DNA of 64,000 nucleotides, from contig CAXXFL010000002.1 of assembly GCA_963674965.2 (NCBI GenBank), positions 480,001-544,000 of the forward strand, read 5' to 3'. How positions within the stretch are numbered: position 1 is the first letter of the stretch; every line of letters starts with the position of its first letter. This DNA is from a bacterium. GTDB taxonomy: Bacteria; RBG-13-61-14; DATKZS01. Below the pieces are notes generated by a model that was not told the origin of the DNA, did no database searches, and worked only from the letters and a program-made list of their open reading frames with translations. Positions 40,424-50,947 of this stretch are shown here, one piece after another. The position numbers and the translations under genes are program-made.

Positions 40424-42199
40424 ATGAAGTCCTATGGACGGGCGACCGCTCGGGCGGTCTTTTGCCTGGTTTTCGTTGTAACTGTTATGGCCGTCGCTGG
40501 TTGGAGGGCCGAGTCCGGCTCGGGGCCGCCGCGGGTGGAGATAATCAATCCCGAGGACGTAAGGCCGGGCATGAAGGGATACGGCCTGAGCGTTTTCAGC
40601 GGGAGCGAGATAAAGCGCTTCGAGGTCGAGGTGGTTGACGTGGTGCCCAACTCGTTGCCCAAGCAGGACCTCATTTACGTGATGTGCTCGGGACAGGACC
40701 TGGAGAAATCCATGATCATCGCCGGCATGAGCGGCAGTCCCGTCTGGATCGAGGGCAAGCTGGCGGGGGCCGTGGCCTACGGCTACCAGTATTCGCTCGA
40801 TCCCCTGGCCGGCGTGACTCCCATCCGCAACATGCTTCAGGCCATGGACTCGACCGGCGACATACGGCCGGGAACGGCCTATGTTCCGTCTCCCTCGTGG
40901 ACCGGACTTCTGGCGGCGGCGGGGGGCGAGGACCGGGTCATGCGAAGAATATCCACTCCCCTTATCACCTCCGGATTCAGCGACGCGGGCATGGCCGAGG
41001 TGGAAAAAACCTTCGGCGAGTACGGACTCATGCCCCTGGCAGGAGGAGGCATGTCCTCCACCGACCTTGACTACGACGCCATGGACGAGATGCGGCCCGG
41101 GGCCCCGGTGGGCGCGGCCATGCTGACGGGCGACCTTTCCATGACCGCCATCGGCACCCTGACCTGGCGGGAGGGAGACAAGGTCGTCGGGTTCGGACAT
41201 CCCTTCTTGATGGGGGGACCCGTGTCCATGCCCCTGGTATCGGCCGAGATACACACGGTCGTCAACACCCAAAGGGTCAGCTTCAAGCTCGGCTCGCCCA
41301 CGGCGGTGGTGGGTGAACTGGTCCTGGACGAGCAGTCGTGCATCGTGGGCCACCTGGGCAAAAAACCCGAGATGATTCCCATCCGAGTGCGAGTAAAAAG
41401 AAAGCTCACGGGATTTGACGACGAGTTCCATTACGACTCGGCCGCCATACCCAAGCTGACCCCCGCCCTCCTCAACATAGCGGTCATGGAGAGCGTGCGC
41501 TCGGCGGCCCCCTCCATAGACAGTTCCTCCGCTCGAGCCCACACCACGCTCACCCTGGACAAGTACGGCAAGGTCGAGTACGAGGACCTGTACGCCATCA
41601 TGGAGGGCACCATCTCGAAGGGCTTCATGGAGCCGGTGGCCTTTTTCGCCTGGAACCCCTTCGAGATAGTCAAGATAAAGGCCATGGACATTGACGTGGA
41701 CGTCACCGACGAGTTGAATATCGCCTTTATCGACTCGGTCTGGACGGAGACGGACGAGGTCGATCCCGGCGAGAAGCTTCGCGTGTCCGTGGGCATAAGG
41801 CCCTTTGGCCGCGGACTCGAGGCCTATCATTTCGACGTGGACGTGCCCGACGACCCTTCCCTTCGCAAGTTGAGCATGAAGGTCACCGGGGGAAGCAGGA
41901 CCATTCCCGACGCCGCACCCCCCCGGGGCGTGGCCAACATGATCGATCTCATGGGCAAGGTCATCCCAAGCGATCATCTGGTGATCAGCTACAGGACGCC
42001 CGAGTCGGGTGTGGATATCGACGGAACGCGCATGAAAAACCTTCCGCCAAGCGTGAGCTCGGCGTTCCAGCCCAAGAACTCGGTCAACGCGAGACCCGTG
42101 TCGGACATGGTGATGCTGTCGGAAAAAACCCCTTACGTGATTATTGGGTCCACCGGGATCTCACTGGATATCAACAACGGCAAAAAGAAGAAGAGGTGA
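40424..42199 (+). CDS. SpoIVB peptidase S55 domain protein, secreted
   Basis: RPGMKGYGLSVF, AGMSGSPV, GAVAY, GTLT, GFGHPF. Confidence 0.9.
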   Translation: MKSYGRATARAVFCLVFVVTVMAVAGWRAESGSGPPRVEIINPEDVRPGMKGYGLSVFSGSEIKRFEVEVVDVVPNSLPKQDLIYVMCSGQDLEKSMIIAGMSGSPVWIEGKLAGAVAYGYQYSLDPLAGVTPIRNMLQAMDSTGDIRPGTAYVPSPSWTGLLAAAGGEDRVMRRISTPLITSGFSDAGMAEVEKTFGEYGLMPLAGGGMSSTDLDYDAMDEMRPGAPVGAAMLTGDLSMTAIGTLTWREGDKVVGFGHPFLMGGPVSMPLVSAEIHTVVNTQRVSFKLGSPTAVVGELVLDEQSCIVGHLGKKPEMIPIRVRVKRKLTGFDDEFHYDSAAIPKLTPALLNIAVMESVRSAAPSIDSSSARAHTTLTLDKYGKVEYEDLYAIMEGTISKGFMEPVAFFAWNPFEIVKIKAMDIDVDVTDELNIAFIDSVWTETDEVDPGEKLRVSVGIRPFGRGLEAYHFDVDVPDDPSLRKLSMKVTGGSRTIPDAAPPRGVANMIDLMGKVIPSDHLVISYRTPESGVDIDGTRMKNLPPSVSSAFQPKNSVNARPVSDMVMLSEKTPYVIIGSTGISLDINNGKKKKR

Positions 42200-42201
42200 T
42201 A

Positions 42202-44337
42202 ATGAAGTCGCGCTTTATCACGGCGGCGTTCGCGGCCGTTCTTTGGGGAGTGATACTGTCCTCGGCCGGGGCCGCGGATACGAACAGATGGGACATTGAC
42301 GGCTTCGAGCAATGGGACAAGGGCGAGGCCAACGGCGTCGAGATAGGATCGGACGGAAGGTTAAAGCCCGTCTGGTCGTCCGATCCCAAGGATGTAAAGG
42401 CGGATGGAGTATGGTCCCTCGCCTCCTCCGGGTCCAAAATCTACATGGGGACCGGGAACGGCGGCAAGCTCTTCGTCAAGCAAAACGGCGTTATCAGCGA
42501 GGCGGCCGACACGGGCCACGTGGCGATCACCAGGATCGTGGCCGACCGCTCGGGAGGCGCGTGGTTTTCGGCCATTCCCGGCGGGGTGATTTACCGTCTC
42601 AGGTCCGGCGAGCCCGAGAAGGTGGCCGAGGTGGGATCGGACTATATCTGGGACTTCATCGTTGACGGCGAAAGGATCGTCGCCGCCACCGGCCCGGGCG
42701 GGAAGATCGTCACCATGACCAAGTCCGGGAAGATTATTCAGACGATCGAAACCGGCGAGACGCACGTCATGTGCCTCCTGAAGGGCGGCGACGGCAAAAT
42801 TTACGCCGGGACCTCGGGGGACGGGCTGATACTCGAGGTCAACGACTCCGGGGAGTTCAGGGTCCTTATAGACTTCAAAGAGACGGAGGTCAGGAAGCTG
42901 GCCTGGGTGGGAGACGGAGAAAACGGGACGCTGGTGGCGGCCGTCAACAGCTCGGCCACCTCGAGGCTCTCGACTTCCTCGGGGTCCAGCTCGTGGCGCT
43001 CGGCCGACAAGGACGAAGACGAGGGTGACGATAACGGGGGCGACGACGGCGATGAAGAGGAACCCGAGCCGAAGGTTAAGCTCGATTCGAGCCCTGCCCC
43101 CCGCGGCGGAGGCAAGATAAGCGGCACGGTTTACGCCGTGACTTCCTCGGGCGGCGCCAGGAAGCTGGTGGACCTGCCGAAAAGGGCCGCCGTCGACATG
43201 GTCGCGGCCGGTCAGGACGTCTACGTGGCCACCGACCAGGGAGGCAAGGTCTATCGCTGCTCGGTCGATTCCTCCCAGTACGCCGTGTCCATCGACCTCG
43301 AGGCGGCCCAGGCCCTTTCCCTTTTAGCGGACGGAAACGAGCTCGAGTACGTCGGCTCCGGGTCGCCCGCGGGACTGATCAGGGCAAGGCGCGCGGGACT
43401 CGAGCCGTCCTCCTACGTAACCGAGGTCCTCGACGCCGGATACCCCGCTAAATGGGGCGCCATCGACGTCGAGGCGGACTCCAGGCTCCTCGTGTACACC
43501 AGAAGCGGAAACGTGGAGGACGTCGAGAGGGGATGGTCCGAATGGAAGCCGACCGACGTGGGCGCCCCCGCGGCCGTCAACAGCCCCGAGGCCAGGTATC
43601 TCCAGGTCAAGGTCGTATGGCCGGCGGGATCGAAGTCCTCCCTGTATTCCCTGTCCATACCCTATCGCGTCTACAACCAGATGCACTACGTGGACGCCGT
43701 GGTCATCGACTCCGTCGAGAAGGACGGCGATGAGGGAACGTCTACTCGGCGCCGTCCCGGCCAATCCAACTCGAAAAGCGGAGAGCCGGGGGAGCATAAA
43801 ACCACCCGCGTGATCAAGTGGAAAACGACCAACCCCGACGACGACGAGTTGGTTTACGAGCTTTATTTTCAGCCGAGCGGCTCCAAGCAGTGGATTCCAA
43901 TAAACGAGCCCGAGCCCATAACCAAGCCCGTTTACAAGTGGGAGACCGAGTCCATCGCCGACGGCTGGTACCGGCTCAAGGTCGTGGCCAAGGACAGCCC
44001 GTCCAACCCCGAGGACGAGACCCTCCAGTCCGAGGCCGTCTCGAGGAGGTTCCTGGTCGATAACCGCGCTCCCGAGATAAAGTCCCTCACCGTGGCGGGT
44101 GGAAGAGTAACCGGACGCGCTCGTGACGAGGCAAGCGCCGTCTCGGGGGTACAGTACTCGATCGATGGTGGAGAATGGGTCACCGTCGGGGCCGTCGACG
44201 GCGTGCTGGACTCGCCAACCGAGAAATTTTCCTTCGATCTTCCCGATGACGTCGCCTCGGGTCCCCATATCATCGCCGTCAGGGCCTGGGACAGGGCCTA
44301 TAACGTGGGCATAGAACAAAAGCAGTTCAGCCGCTAA
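42202..44337 (+). CDS. Secreted beta-propeller / Fn3-like protein, partner of the S55 peptidase
   Basis: Signal peptide; repeated GTG..G propeller blades; TRSGN..WSEW, ARYLQ, DPDDD-type and DGWYRLKVVAKD motifs. Confidence 0.8.
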   Translation: MKSRFITAAFAAVLWGVILSSAGAADTNRWDIDGFEQWDKGEANGVEIGSDGRLKPVWSSDPKDVKADGVWSLASSGSKIYMGTGNGGKLFVKQNGVISEAADTGHVAITRIVADRSGGAWFSAIPGGVIYRLRSGEPEKVAEVGSDYIWDFIVDGERIVAATGPGGKIVTMTKSGKIIQTIETGETHVMCLLKGGDGKIYAGTSGDGLILEVNDSGEFRVLIDFKETEVRKLAWVGDGENGTLVAAVNSSATSRLSTSSGSSSWRSADKDEDEGDDNGGDDGDEEEPEPKVKLDSSPAPRGGGKISGTVYAVTSSGGARKLVDLPKRAAVDMVAAGQDVYVATDQGGKVYRCSVDSSQYAVSIDLEAAQALSLLADGNELEYVGSGSPAGLIRARRAGLEPSSYVTEVLDAGYPAKWGAIDVEADSRLLVYTRSGNVEDVERGWSEWKPTDVGAPAAVNSPEARYLQVKVVWPAGSKSSLYSLSIPYRVYNQMHYVDAVVIDSVEKDGDEGTSTRRRPGQSNSKSGEPGEHKTTRVIKWKTTNPDDDELVYELYFQPSGSKQWIPINEPEPITKPVYKWETESIADGWYRLKVVAKDSPSNPEDETLQSEAVSRRFLVDNRAPEIKSLTVAGGRVTGRARDEASAVSGVQYSIDGGEWVTVGAVDGVLDSPTEKFSFDLPDDVASGPHIIAVRAWDRAYNVGIEQKQFSR

Positions 44338-44469
44338 GACGGAAAACGAATCCCGTCATTTTGGGCCTCCCCCGCGGAGGCCCGATTTGTTTTCCGAGCC
44401 GGGATGCAATTCGTTCCCAATAATACTAAGATGGGCCGGCGGGATACTTCGATATGGAAAGGGGAAAAG

Positions 44470-46263
44470 ATGGATTCCTGCATGGAAAAGCTGAAAGTTA
44501 AGCATGGCTCCGGCATATGGGCGGCTTTCGTCGCCGCTATAATATTGCCGGCTCTACTTATTTCATCCTGCGGCAAATGGCGTCCCGAAATGGCCTCATC
44601 CCCCAAGGTTGGTATAAACGGCATGGTTTCCTCCGCCCATCACCTGGCTAGCAAGGCCGGGGCCGACGTGCTGCGCGATGGGGGCAACGCGGTGGACGCG
44701 GCCGTCGCGACCGCCTTTGCCCTCTCAGTGGTCGAGCCTTACTCGTCGGGAATAGGCGGCGGCGGTTTCATGCTCATATACGGCGGGGAAGGAGACAAGG
44801 TCGAGGTTTTGGATTACCGGGAGGTCGCTCCCGCCCTGGCCGGCCGGGACATGTATTTAAAGGACGGGCGTCCCGTCCCCGGATTGTCGGTGTACGGCCC
44901 TTTGGCCAGCGGGGTCCCCGGGACCGCGGCCGGCTTGTGCGAGGCCCTGGAAAAGCGCGGGACCATGGACCGTAAGCGGGTGATGGCTCCAGCCATCGCC
45001 TTGGCGGAGGACGGGTTTAAAGTCGATCAGGCCCTGTATCAGCGAGTCCTCCTCATGTCCGGCCAACTCTGGAAGGACAAGACCATCAGGAAGATTTTTC
45101 TGAAGGGCGGCCTCCCGCCCATGCCCGGTACCGTGATCAAGCAGCCCGAGCTGGCCCGGACCTTGAGGTCTATCGCCGAGAAGGGTCCCTCCGTCTTTTA
45201 CGAGGGAGAGATAGCCCGAGCCATCGCGAGCGACATGGAGGCGAGGGGAGGGCTTATCAGCCTGGATGACCTGGCCGCCTATAAGCCCCGGTGGCGCGAG
45301 CCCCTGCGGGGAACGTACCGGGGGTGCGAGGTGGTTTCCATGCCTCCGCCCAGCTCGGGAGGGGCCGCGGTAATCGAGGTCCTGAATATACTCGAGGGCT
45401 ACGACCTCGCCTCCCTCGGCTATGGGTCGGTCGCCTCCGCGCATTACATGGCCGAGGCCATGCGCATGGCCTTCGCCGACCGGTCGGCTTACATGGGCGA
45501 TCCCGCCTTCGTGGACGTGCCGGTCGAGACCCTGACCTCCAAGGAGTACGCCCGATACGTCCGGGAGAAGATCGACTCGGAAAAGGCAACCCCCAGCCGG
45601 ATGGTCACCCCCGGCCAGGGGTACATCGATCCGCCACAGGCCGGGGAATGGGAAGCGCCTCTTTACGCCGCCGCCTCGGAGGGAAACCACACCACCCACC
45701 TGTCGGTGGTCGACAAGTCGGGCGGGGCCGTGAGCCTGACCCAGACCATCAACACCGTTTTCGGGGCCTGCTACGCTATCGAGGGGACCGGCATAGTGAT
45801 GAACAATGAAATGGACGACTTCGCGGCCGTGCCGGGCGAGCCCAACGCCTTCGGGCTGGTGCAGGGGGAGGCCAACGCCGTGGCCCCCGGCAAGATACCC
45901 TTAAGCTCGATGAGTCCCACCATGCTCTTCAAGGACGGAAGACTCTTCATGGTGATAGGCAGTCCGGGAGGGCCTCGCATTATCACGACGGTCATACAAA
46001 CCATCGTCAACGTGGTCGACTTCGGCATGGACGCCCAGGAGGCGGTCACGGCCCCGCGGCTTCACCATCAGTGGTTGCCGGACCAGTTGTACGTGGACCG
46101 CGGACTTTTACCTGTGGGCGGAAAAGCTAAACTAAGGGAAAGAGGACACGTGGTTAAAAACTACATCGTTCCCTGCAACGCCCAGATGGTCCTGATAGGG
46201 CCGGACGGAGAACTGGCCGGCGGGTCCGACCCGCGAGGGGTCGGGGAACCTGAGGGATACTGA
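44470..46263 (+). CDS. ggt: Gamma-glutamyltransferase (lipoprotein signal)
   Basis: GGNAVDAAVA, SGIGGGGF, PPPSSGG, HTTHLSVVD nucleophile, NNEMDDF, PLSSMSP, GSPGG; start uncertain. Confidence 0.95.
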   Translation: MDSCMEKLKVKHGSGIWAAFVAAIILPALLISSCGKWRPEMASSPKVGINGMVSSAHHLASKAGADVLRDGGNAVDAAVATAFALSVVEPYSSGIGGGGFMLIYGGEGDKVEVLDYREVAPALAGRDMYLKDGRPVPGLSVYGPLASGVPGTAAGLCEALEKRGTMDRKRVMAPAIALAEDGFKVDQALYQRVLLMSGQLWKDKTIRKIFLKGGLPPMPGTVIKQPELARTLRSIAEKGPSVFYEGEIARAIASDMEARGGLISLDDLAAYKPRWREPLRGTYRGCEVVSMPPPSSGGAAVIEVLNILEGYDLASLGYGSVASAHYMAEAMRMAFADRSAYMGDPAFVDVPVETLTSKEYARYVREKIDSEKATPSRMVTPGQGYIDPPQAGEWEAPLYAAASEGNHTTHLSVVDKSGGAVSLTQTINTVFGACYAIEGTGIVMNNEMDDFAAVPGEPNAFGLVQGEANAVAPGKIPLSSMSPTMLFKDGRLFMVIGSPGGPRIITTVIQTIVNVVDFGMDAQEAVTAPRLHHQWLPDQLYVDRGLLPVGGKAKLRERGHVVKNYIVPCNAQMVLIGPDGELAGGSDPRGVGEPEGY

Positions 46264-46295
46264 GCGAGCGGTTTCGAGACTGAAACTTTGGCGAT

Positions 46296-46775
46296 ATGAA
46301 AGACAAGTATCGGCCCATAGGAGAGGTTATCGATGGTCTTCTAAAAAACATGGGAGCGGACCGCCTGGGCAAGGAGCGGCTGGTCTTCGACGTTTGGAAG
46401 GAGGCCCTGGGCGAGCCTTTGGCCTCGAATATAAAGCCCACTTTCGTCGGGGGGGGGACCCTGGTGATCGCGGTCCGCGACAGCGCCTGGATGCAGGAGC
46501 TTCAATTCATGAAGCCCGAGATAAAGAGGAAATTAAACGGCGCCATAGGGGGCCGGGTCATAAGTAACATAAGGTTTAAACTTGGCTCCTGGAACGAGGA
46601 GGAAGAAAGGGAAGACGAGGAGGAGAAAGAGGGCCCCGAGCCTGATCCCGAAACCGTTCGCAGGGCAAGGGAGGCGGCGGAGATCATCGAGGACCCCAAA
46701 TTGAGAGAGCAGGCCGTAAAGACGCTGCTCGCGGCCGCGAGGAGGACGGAGGAAAATGATGAAGACGACGATTGA
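46296..46775 (+). CDS. dciA: DUF721 / DciA family replicative-helicase loader
   Basis: WKEALG, LVIAVRDSAWMQELQF..EI..KLN, IRF. Confidence 0.8.
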   Translation: MKDKYRPIGEVIDGLLKNMGADRLGKERLVFDVWKEALGEPLASNIKPTFVGGGTLVIAVRDSAWMQELQFMKPEIKRKLNGAIGGRVISNIRFKLGSWNEEEEREDEEEKEGPEPDPETVRRAREAAEIIEDPKLREQAVKTLLAAARRTEENDEDDD

Positions 46776-46806
46776 CGGCTTTCGCGGTCCCTTCGGATAC
46801 TGACCC

Positions 46807-47562
46807 ATGTCCGAGTCCAAAGACGGCGCCATTTTAAAGGCGGCGGCCTTGTCCGCCATTTTAATCCTGCTCTTTTTTATCGCCGCTTATTATAGCGTGG
46901 GCGACATGACCCATATCCCGGGGAAACTGGGCATTCTGAGCAGGACCCAGGTAATGTCCCTCGAGGCCGACGTGTGGCGACTGACCATGTCATTGGTTTT
47001 TGTCGGCTATGTTTTTTTCATTCCCCTGGTTCTGGGGGCGAGCGAGGCCATGCGGGGGGCGCGCTCGCTTGGAAAAGTAGCCTTTTCCGCCGGGCTGATC
47101 GGCGCGGCCATGCAGGCCTATTCCCAGTTCATGCAGGCCACCCTGGTGACGAGGGCCGCCGATGAGATGGTGCACTTCCCATTCAAGGAAAACCACGTCG
47201 AGAGAGTCAAGTCCGCCTACCTGGCGCAATCGGTGCAGTGGAACGTCTTCTACCCTTTTTCCACGGCCTTCGCGGCGGATATTCTTGCCCAGTCCTTTAT
47301 CGCCGTTATGTTCGCCTGTCTTGGATATCACTGGATACGCCAAAAAGGCATTAAAACCGTCACCGCTCTTTTGCTTTTCGCCGAGGCCATTATCCAGTTC
47401 TACGCGCTGGTGACTTATATGGCCGGCATGGACGGCGAGCCGGAAAGGGCCTCCATGTATTTCGGTCTCATCCTTATCTTCGTTCTGCCTCTATTGGCCA
47501 TCGTTTTCTTTCTGGAATCAAGGTCCGGAAACAACGAGGAGCAAGATCGTGAAGAAACTTAG
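46807..47562 (+). CDS. Hypothetical integral membrane protein
   Basis: About six hydrophobic segments; in operon. Confidence 0.65.
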   Translation: MSESKDGAILKAAALSAILILLFFIAAYYSVGDMTHIPGKLGILSRTQVMSLEADVWRLTMSLVFVGYVFFIPLVLGASEAMRGARSLGKVAFSAGLIGAAMQAYSQFMQATLVTRAADEMVHFPFKENHVERVKSAYLAQSVQWNVFYPFSTAFAADILAQSFIAVMFACLGYHWIRQKGIKTVTALLLFAEAIIQFYALVTYMAGMDGEPERASMYFGLILIFVLPLLAIVFFLESRSGNNEEQDREET

Positions 47563-48346
47563 TCCCCTCGCGGCCGTCATATTCGTTTTGCTGGCCCTTG
47601 GCTTTTCAAGCTTGAGGGCCAAGAGCGGCCCTAGGCATGTCCACGTAATAGTGGCCCTTTGCGACAACGAGTACCAGGGAATAGTGCCGGTGTCCGAGTC
47701 CCTGGGAAACGGCGATGACCCGGCAAGCAATCTTTACTGGGGCGCTTTGTACGGCGTTAAGACCCATCTTAAAAAAAGCGCGAAGTGGGAGTTGATCCAT
47801 ACCCTTCCATCCCCCAAGAACGAGGTGCTCGAGCGCGTGGTCTTCAGGCATGAAAGCGGCGGAGCTTACCTTATCGCCGACGCCTACAGGGGACGTGAGA
47901 TCAAGGAGGCCACCGTTGACTTCCTCCGTTTCGCCTCTGGAAACGGCGGGGTGACGGAGAGCTTCGAGGCAAAGGGAAACAAGTATGCCCTAAAGACGGG
48001 AGGAGCGGCCGATCTTATCGCCTACGTGGGTCACGACGGTCTTATGGATTTTCGTCTCTCGAGCTATCCGGCGGAAAAAGACGGCGGCGGGAAAGATGTC
48101 ATCATCCTGGCGTGCGCTTCCCGGCCGTATTTTTCCGAGGCGATCAAGGAAGCCGGGGCCAAGCCGCTCGTATGGACCACCGGCCTCATGGCGCCCGAGG
48201 CTTATACCCTCGAGGCCGCGCTCGAGGGATGGGTAAAGGGCGAGTCGGACCAGTCCGTAAGGGAGAGGGCCGCCGGGGCATACGCGAAGTATCAGAAGTG
48301 CGGCCTGAAATCGGCCATGCGCCTCCTGGTGAGCGGGTGGGAATAG
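47549..48346 (+). CDS. Conserved secreted hypothetical protein
   Basis: Signal peptide; VALCDNEYQGIVPV, NLYWG, GHDGLMDF, ILAC, TTGLMAPEAY; GTG start. Confidence 0.8.
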   Translation: MKKLSPLAAVIFVLLALGFSSLRAKSGPRHVHVIVALCDNEYQGIVPVSESLGNGDDPASNLYWGALYGVKTHLKKSAKWELIHTLPSPKNEVLERVVFRHESGGAYLIADAYRGREIKEATVDFLRFASGNGGVTESFEAKGNKYALKTGGAADLIAYVGHDGLMDFRLSSYPAEKDGGGKDVIILACASRPYFSEAIKEAGAKPLVWTTGLMAPEAYTLEAALEGWVKGESDQSVRERAAGAYAKYQKCGLKSAMRLLVSGWE

Positions 48347-48372
48347 GCAAGAAACCGGGGCGCCATATCGAA

Positions 48373-48401
48373 TTGAACGGTAAAACCGAATGTTGTAAGA
48401 T
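48373..48401 (+). promoter_or_regulatory. Possible sigma70 promoter of the cyclase cluster
   Basis: TTGAAC, 17 bp, TAAGAT. Confidence 0.45.
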
Positions 48402-48451
48402 AAGCGGGGCTTTGCCCATAAACTAGCTTTGCGTAAAAGGAAGAAGGTGGA

Positions 48452-50902
48452 ATGAAATTCATTCGAAAACTGGTCAATTGGATTTTCCGACTTAACGGTT
48501 TCCGTATCAGCATCTTGTTGATGTTCACCTTCCTCTTTCTTTATATTTTGGCCTTTAGGGGAAAGATTGAGACCTTCGCGCTTGTCGAGCTAAAGGCTTA
48601 TGATCTGAGATTTCAGGCTACCAATCGGATGTCCAAACTGGGCCTGATAGGGAAGTACTTCAAGCAAAAGCCGTCGGACAAAATAGTCATAGCCGAGATC
48701 GACGACCGGGCGGTTGACTACCTGGACTGGCCTTTTCCCCGGGGCAAATGGGGGGCGTTCATCGACCGTATGAACGAGTACGGCGCGGCCGTGGTCGCCT
48801 TCGACGTGGTGTTCGACAAGCCCGGAGAATACGCTGGCTTCGACTACATCGAGGCCATCGAGAAAAAATACGCGGACCTGGGAGTAACCGAGTATCTGAA
48901 CAAAGAGGATAACGGAGTGCCCGACGACTTCGCGCGGCTTCTGCGCGATTATGAGGACTTCGTCAAGGCCAAGAGACTCGAGGTGGACCAGGACCTCATT
49001 TTCGCCAAATCTCTGGAGAAATCCCAAATAAAGGTGGTGCTGGGCTGGTTCGGTTATCTTCAAGAAAAGGAGGCCAAGGCCCTAAAGCAAAAGGACTTCA
49101 GCGCCGAGGCCGAGATGCTGAAGCCCTCGAGCCTCTCGGTTTCTCTTAATGAAACGCCTTGGGAAAGAATGCTCCGAACGCTGGGGTCGAATAAGATAAT
49201 GGGCATTACCCCACCGATAGCGCTGTTGGGGGAAAAGTCGGAATACTTCGGTTTTTTCACCTCCAAGCCAGAGTCCCTGGACGGGACCCTCAGAAAGGCG
49301 CCCATGGTTTGCTTCTTTACCACCGACGAGAACAACCCCACCGGCATGAACACCTTTGTATATCCTTCCCTGTCCCTGGCCGCGCTGGCCGCTTATTATA
49401 GCGAGAAGCCCTTGGTGTCGATACAATCGATAAACGCGAAAGCCATAATCAAAAGCATCAAGATAGGAAAAGTAGAGGTCCCCACCGATGAGGCGGGTTC
49501 TTTTCTGATTAACTGGATGGGGAACAACAAAGTTGACCATATATACGATACCTACTCGGTTTACGATATAATCACCGGGTTCACTAACCTGAAAGAGGGG
49601 GCGAAAAAGATAGACCCCAAAAAGGCCTTCAAGGGCAAGATAGTCATGGTGGGAAGCTCGGCCATTGGGGCCCACGACATGAGGACCACGCCCTTCGGCA
49701 CGGCGCCCGGCGTGGAGATGCACGTCAACATGATCAGCAACATCTTAGAGGGCAACTCCCTCCGGACCAAGCAATGGTTCAAGATGTTCGACCTGCTATT
49801 CATTCTGATAGTCGGCGTGCTGTTCGGGCTTATCCTGCCTCGAGTGTCGGCCGTTTGGGGCGGCATCGTGACCTTGATTTTTTTCCTGGGCTACATCGCG
49901 ACGAACATCTATCTTTTCCTGGTCATGCACTACCCCTTTACCATCGTCTTTCCCCTGGCCGAGATACTGTTTATTTTCATCGCGGTCACGATCTTCCGTT
50001 ACGCCACCGAGGAAAGGGAGAAGCGCTTCATTAAAGGGGCCTTCGAGCATTACCTTTCTCCCGAGGTCATCAGCGACCTGATGAAGGACACCTCGAAGCT
50101 GAAGCTGGGGGGGGACGACAAGGTGCTGACGGCCTTTTTCTCCGACATCCAGGGGTTCTCGAGCTTCAGCGAGAACATGAAGACCCAGGACCTGGTCCAT
50201 TTCCTCAACATCTACCTTACCGAGATGTGCGACATCATCCTCGATTACGCCGGCACCATCGACAAGTTCGAGGGCGACGCCATCATCGCTTTCTTCGGGG
50301 CGCCGGTGGACATGCCCGACCACGCGGCCAAGGCCTGCCTTTGCTCGGCGGAAATCCAGAAGAAGATGAACGTGCTCCGGACCCAGTGGATGGAGGAGGG
50401 ATGGCCCGAGGTCCACATGCGCATCGGGCTCAACACTGGTCAGATGATGGTGGGCAACATGGGCAGCCGTGACCGCATGGACTACACCATCATGGGCGAC
50501 TCGGTTAACCTGGCGGCCAGGCTCGAGGGCGCCGGCAAGCAGTACAAGGTCTACTCCATGATAGGGGAGGACACCAAGAAGGCGGCGGGCGACGTGGTCG
50601 AGTACCGCGAGCTGGACATGATCCGGGTCAAGGGCAAGAAAAAGCCGGTCACGGTTTACGAGATACTGGGCAAGACCGGCGAGGTGGACCAGAAGAAGCT
50701 CGAGGTGGCCCGGATATTCGAGAAGGGACTCGAGCAGTACAGGCAGAGGTATTGGATGGAGGCCAGGGCCCTTTTCGAGAAGGCCCTCGAGCTTGACCCC
50801 TCGGACGGCCCGTCCATCGTCTTCCTGGCCAGGTGCGAGGAATACTCCGACAATCCGCCCAGCTCGGGATGGGACGGGGTCTACACCATGACGACCAAGT
50901 AA
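48452..50902 (+). CDS. CHASE2-domain class III adenylate cyclase
   Basis: IDD..WPFPR, DGTLR, PGVEMH, 3 TM helices; FSDIQGFS, IDKFEGDA, DYTIMGDSVNLAARLEG (Lys/Asp adenine-specifying residues); C-terminal TPR. Confidence 0.94.
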   Translation: MKFIRKLVNWIFRLNGFRISILLMFTFLFLYILAFRGKIETFALVELKAYDLRFQATNRMSKLGLIGKYFKQKPSDKIVIAEIDDRAVDYLDWPFPRGKWGAFIDRMNEYGAAVVAFDVVFDKPGEYAGFDYIEAIEKKYADLGVTEYLNKEDNGVPDDFARLLRDYEDFVKAKRLEVDQDLIFAKSLEKSQIKVVLGWFGYLQEKEAKALKQKDFSAEAEMLKPSSLSVSLNETPWERMLRTLGSNKIMGITPPIALLGEKSEYFGFFTSKPESLDGTLRKAPMVCFFTTDENNPTGMNTFVYPSLSLAALAAYYSEKPLVSIQSINAKAIIKSIKIGKVEVPTDEAGSFLINWMGNNKVDHIYDTYSVYDIITGFTNLKEGAKKIDPKKAFKGKIVMVGSSAIGAHDMRTTPFGTAPGVEMHVNMISNILEGNSLRTKQWFKMFDLLFILIVGVLFGLILPRVSAVWGGIVTLIFFLGYIATNIYLFLVMHYPFTIVFPLAEILFIFIAVTIFRYATEEREKRFIKGAFEHYLSPEVISDLMKDTSKLKLGGDDKVLTAFFSDIQGFSSFSENMKTQDLVHFLNIYLTEMCDIILDYAGTIDKFEGDAIIAFFGAPVDMPDHAAKACLCSAEIQKKMNVLRTQWMEEGWPEVHMRIGLNTGQMMVGNMGSRDRMDYTIMGDSVNLAARLEGAGKQYKVYSMIGEDTKKAAGDVVEYRELDMIRVKGKKKPVTVYEILGKTGEVDQKKLEVARIFEKGLEQYRQRYWMEARALFEKALELDPSDGPSIVFLARCEEYSDNPPSSGWDGVYTMTTK

Positions 50903-50947
50903 CGGGCCTTAAATGGGCCGAAGAATAATCAAGAAAGGTTAGGGCAA

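Noticed and set aside
40418-41977. 519-aa antisense ORF
   Set aside because: Shadow of the S55 peptidase gene.
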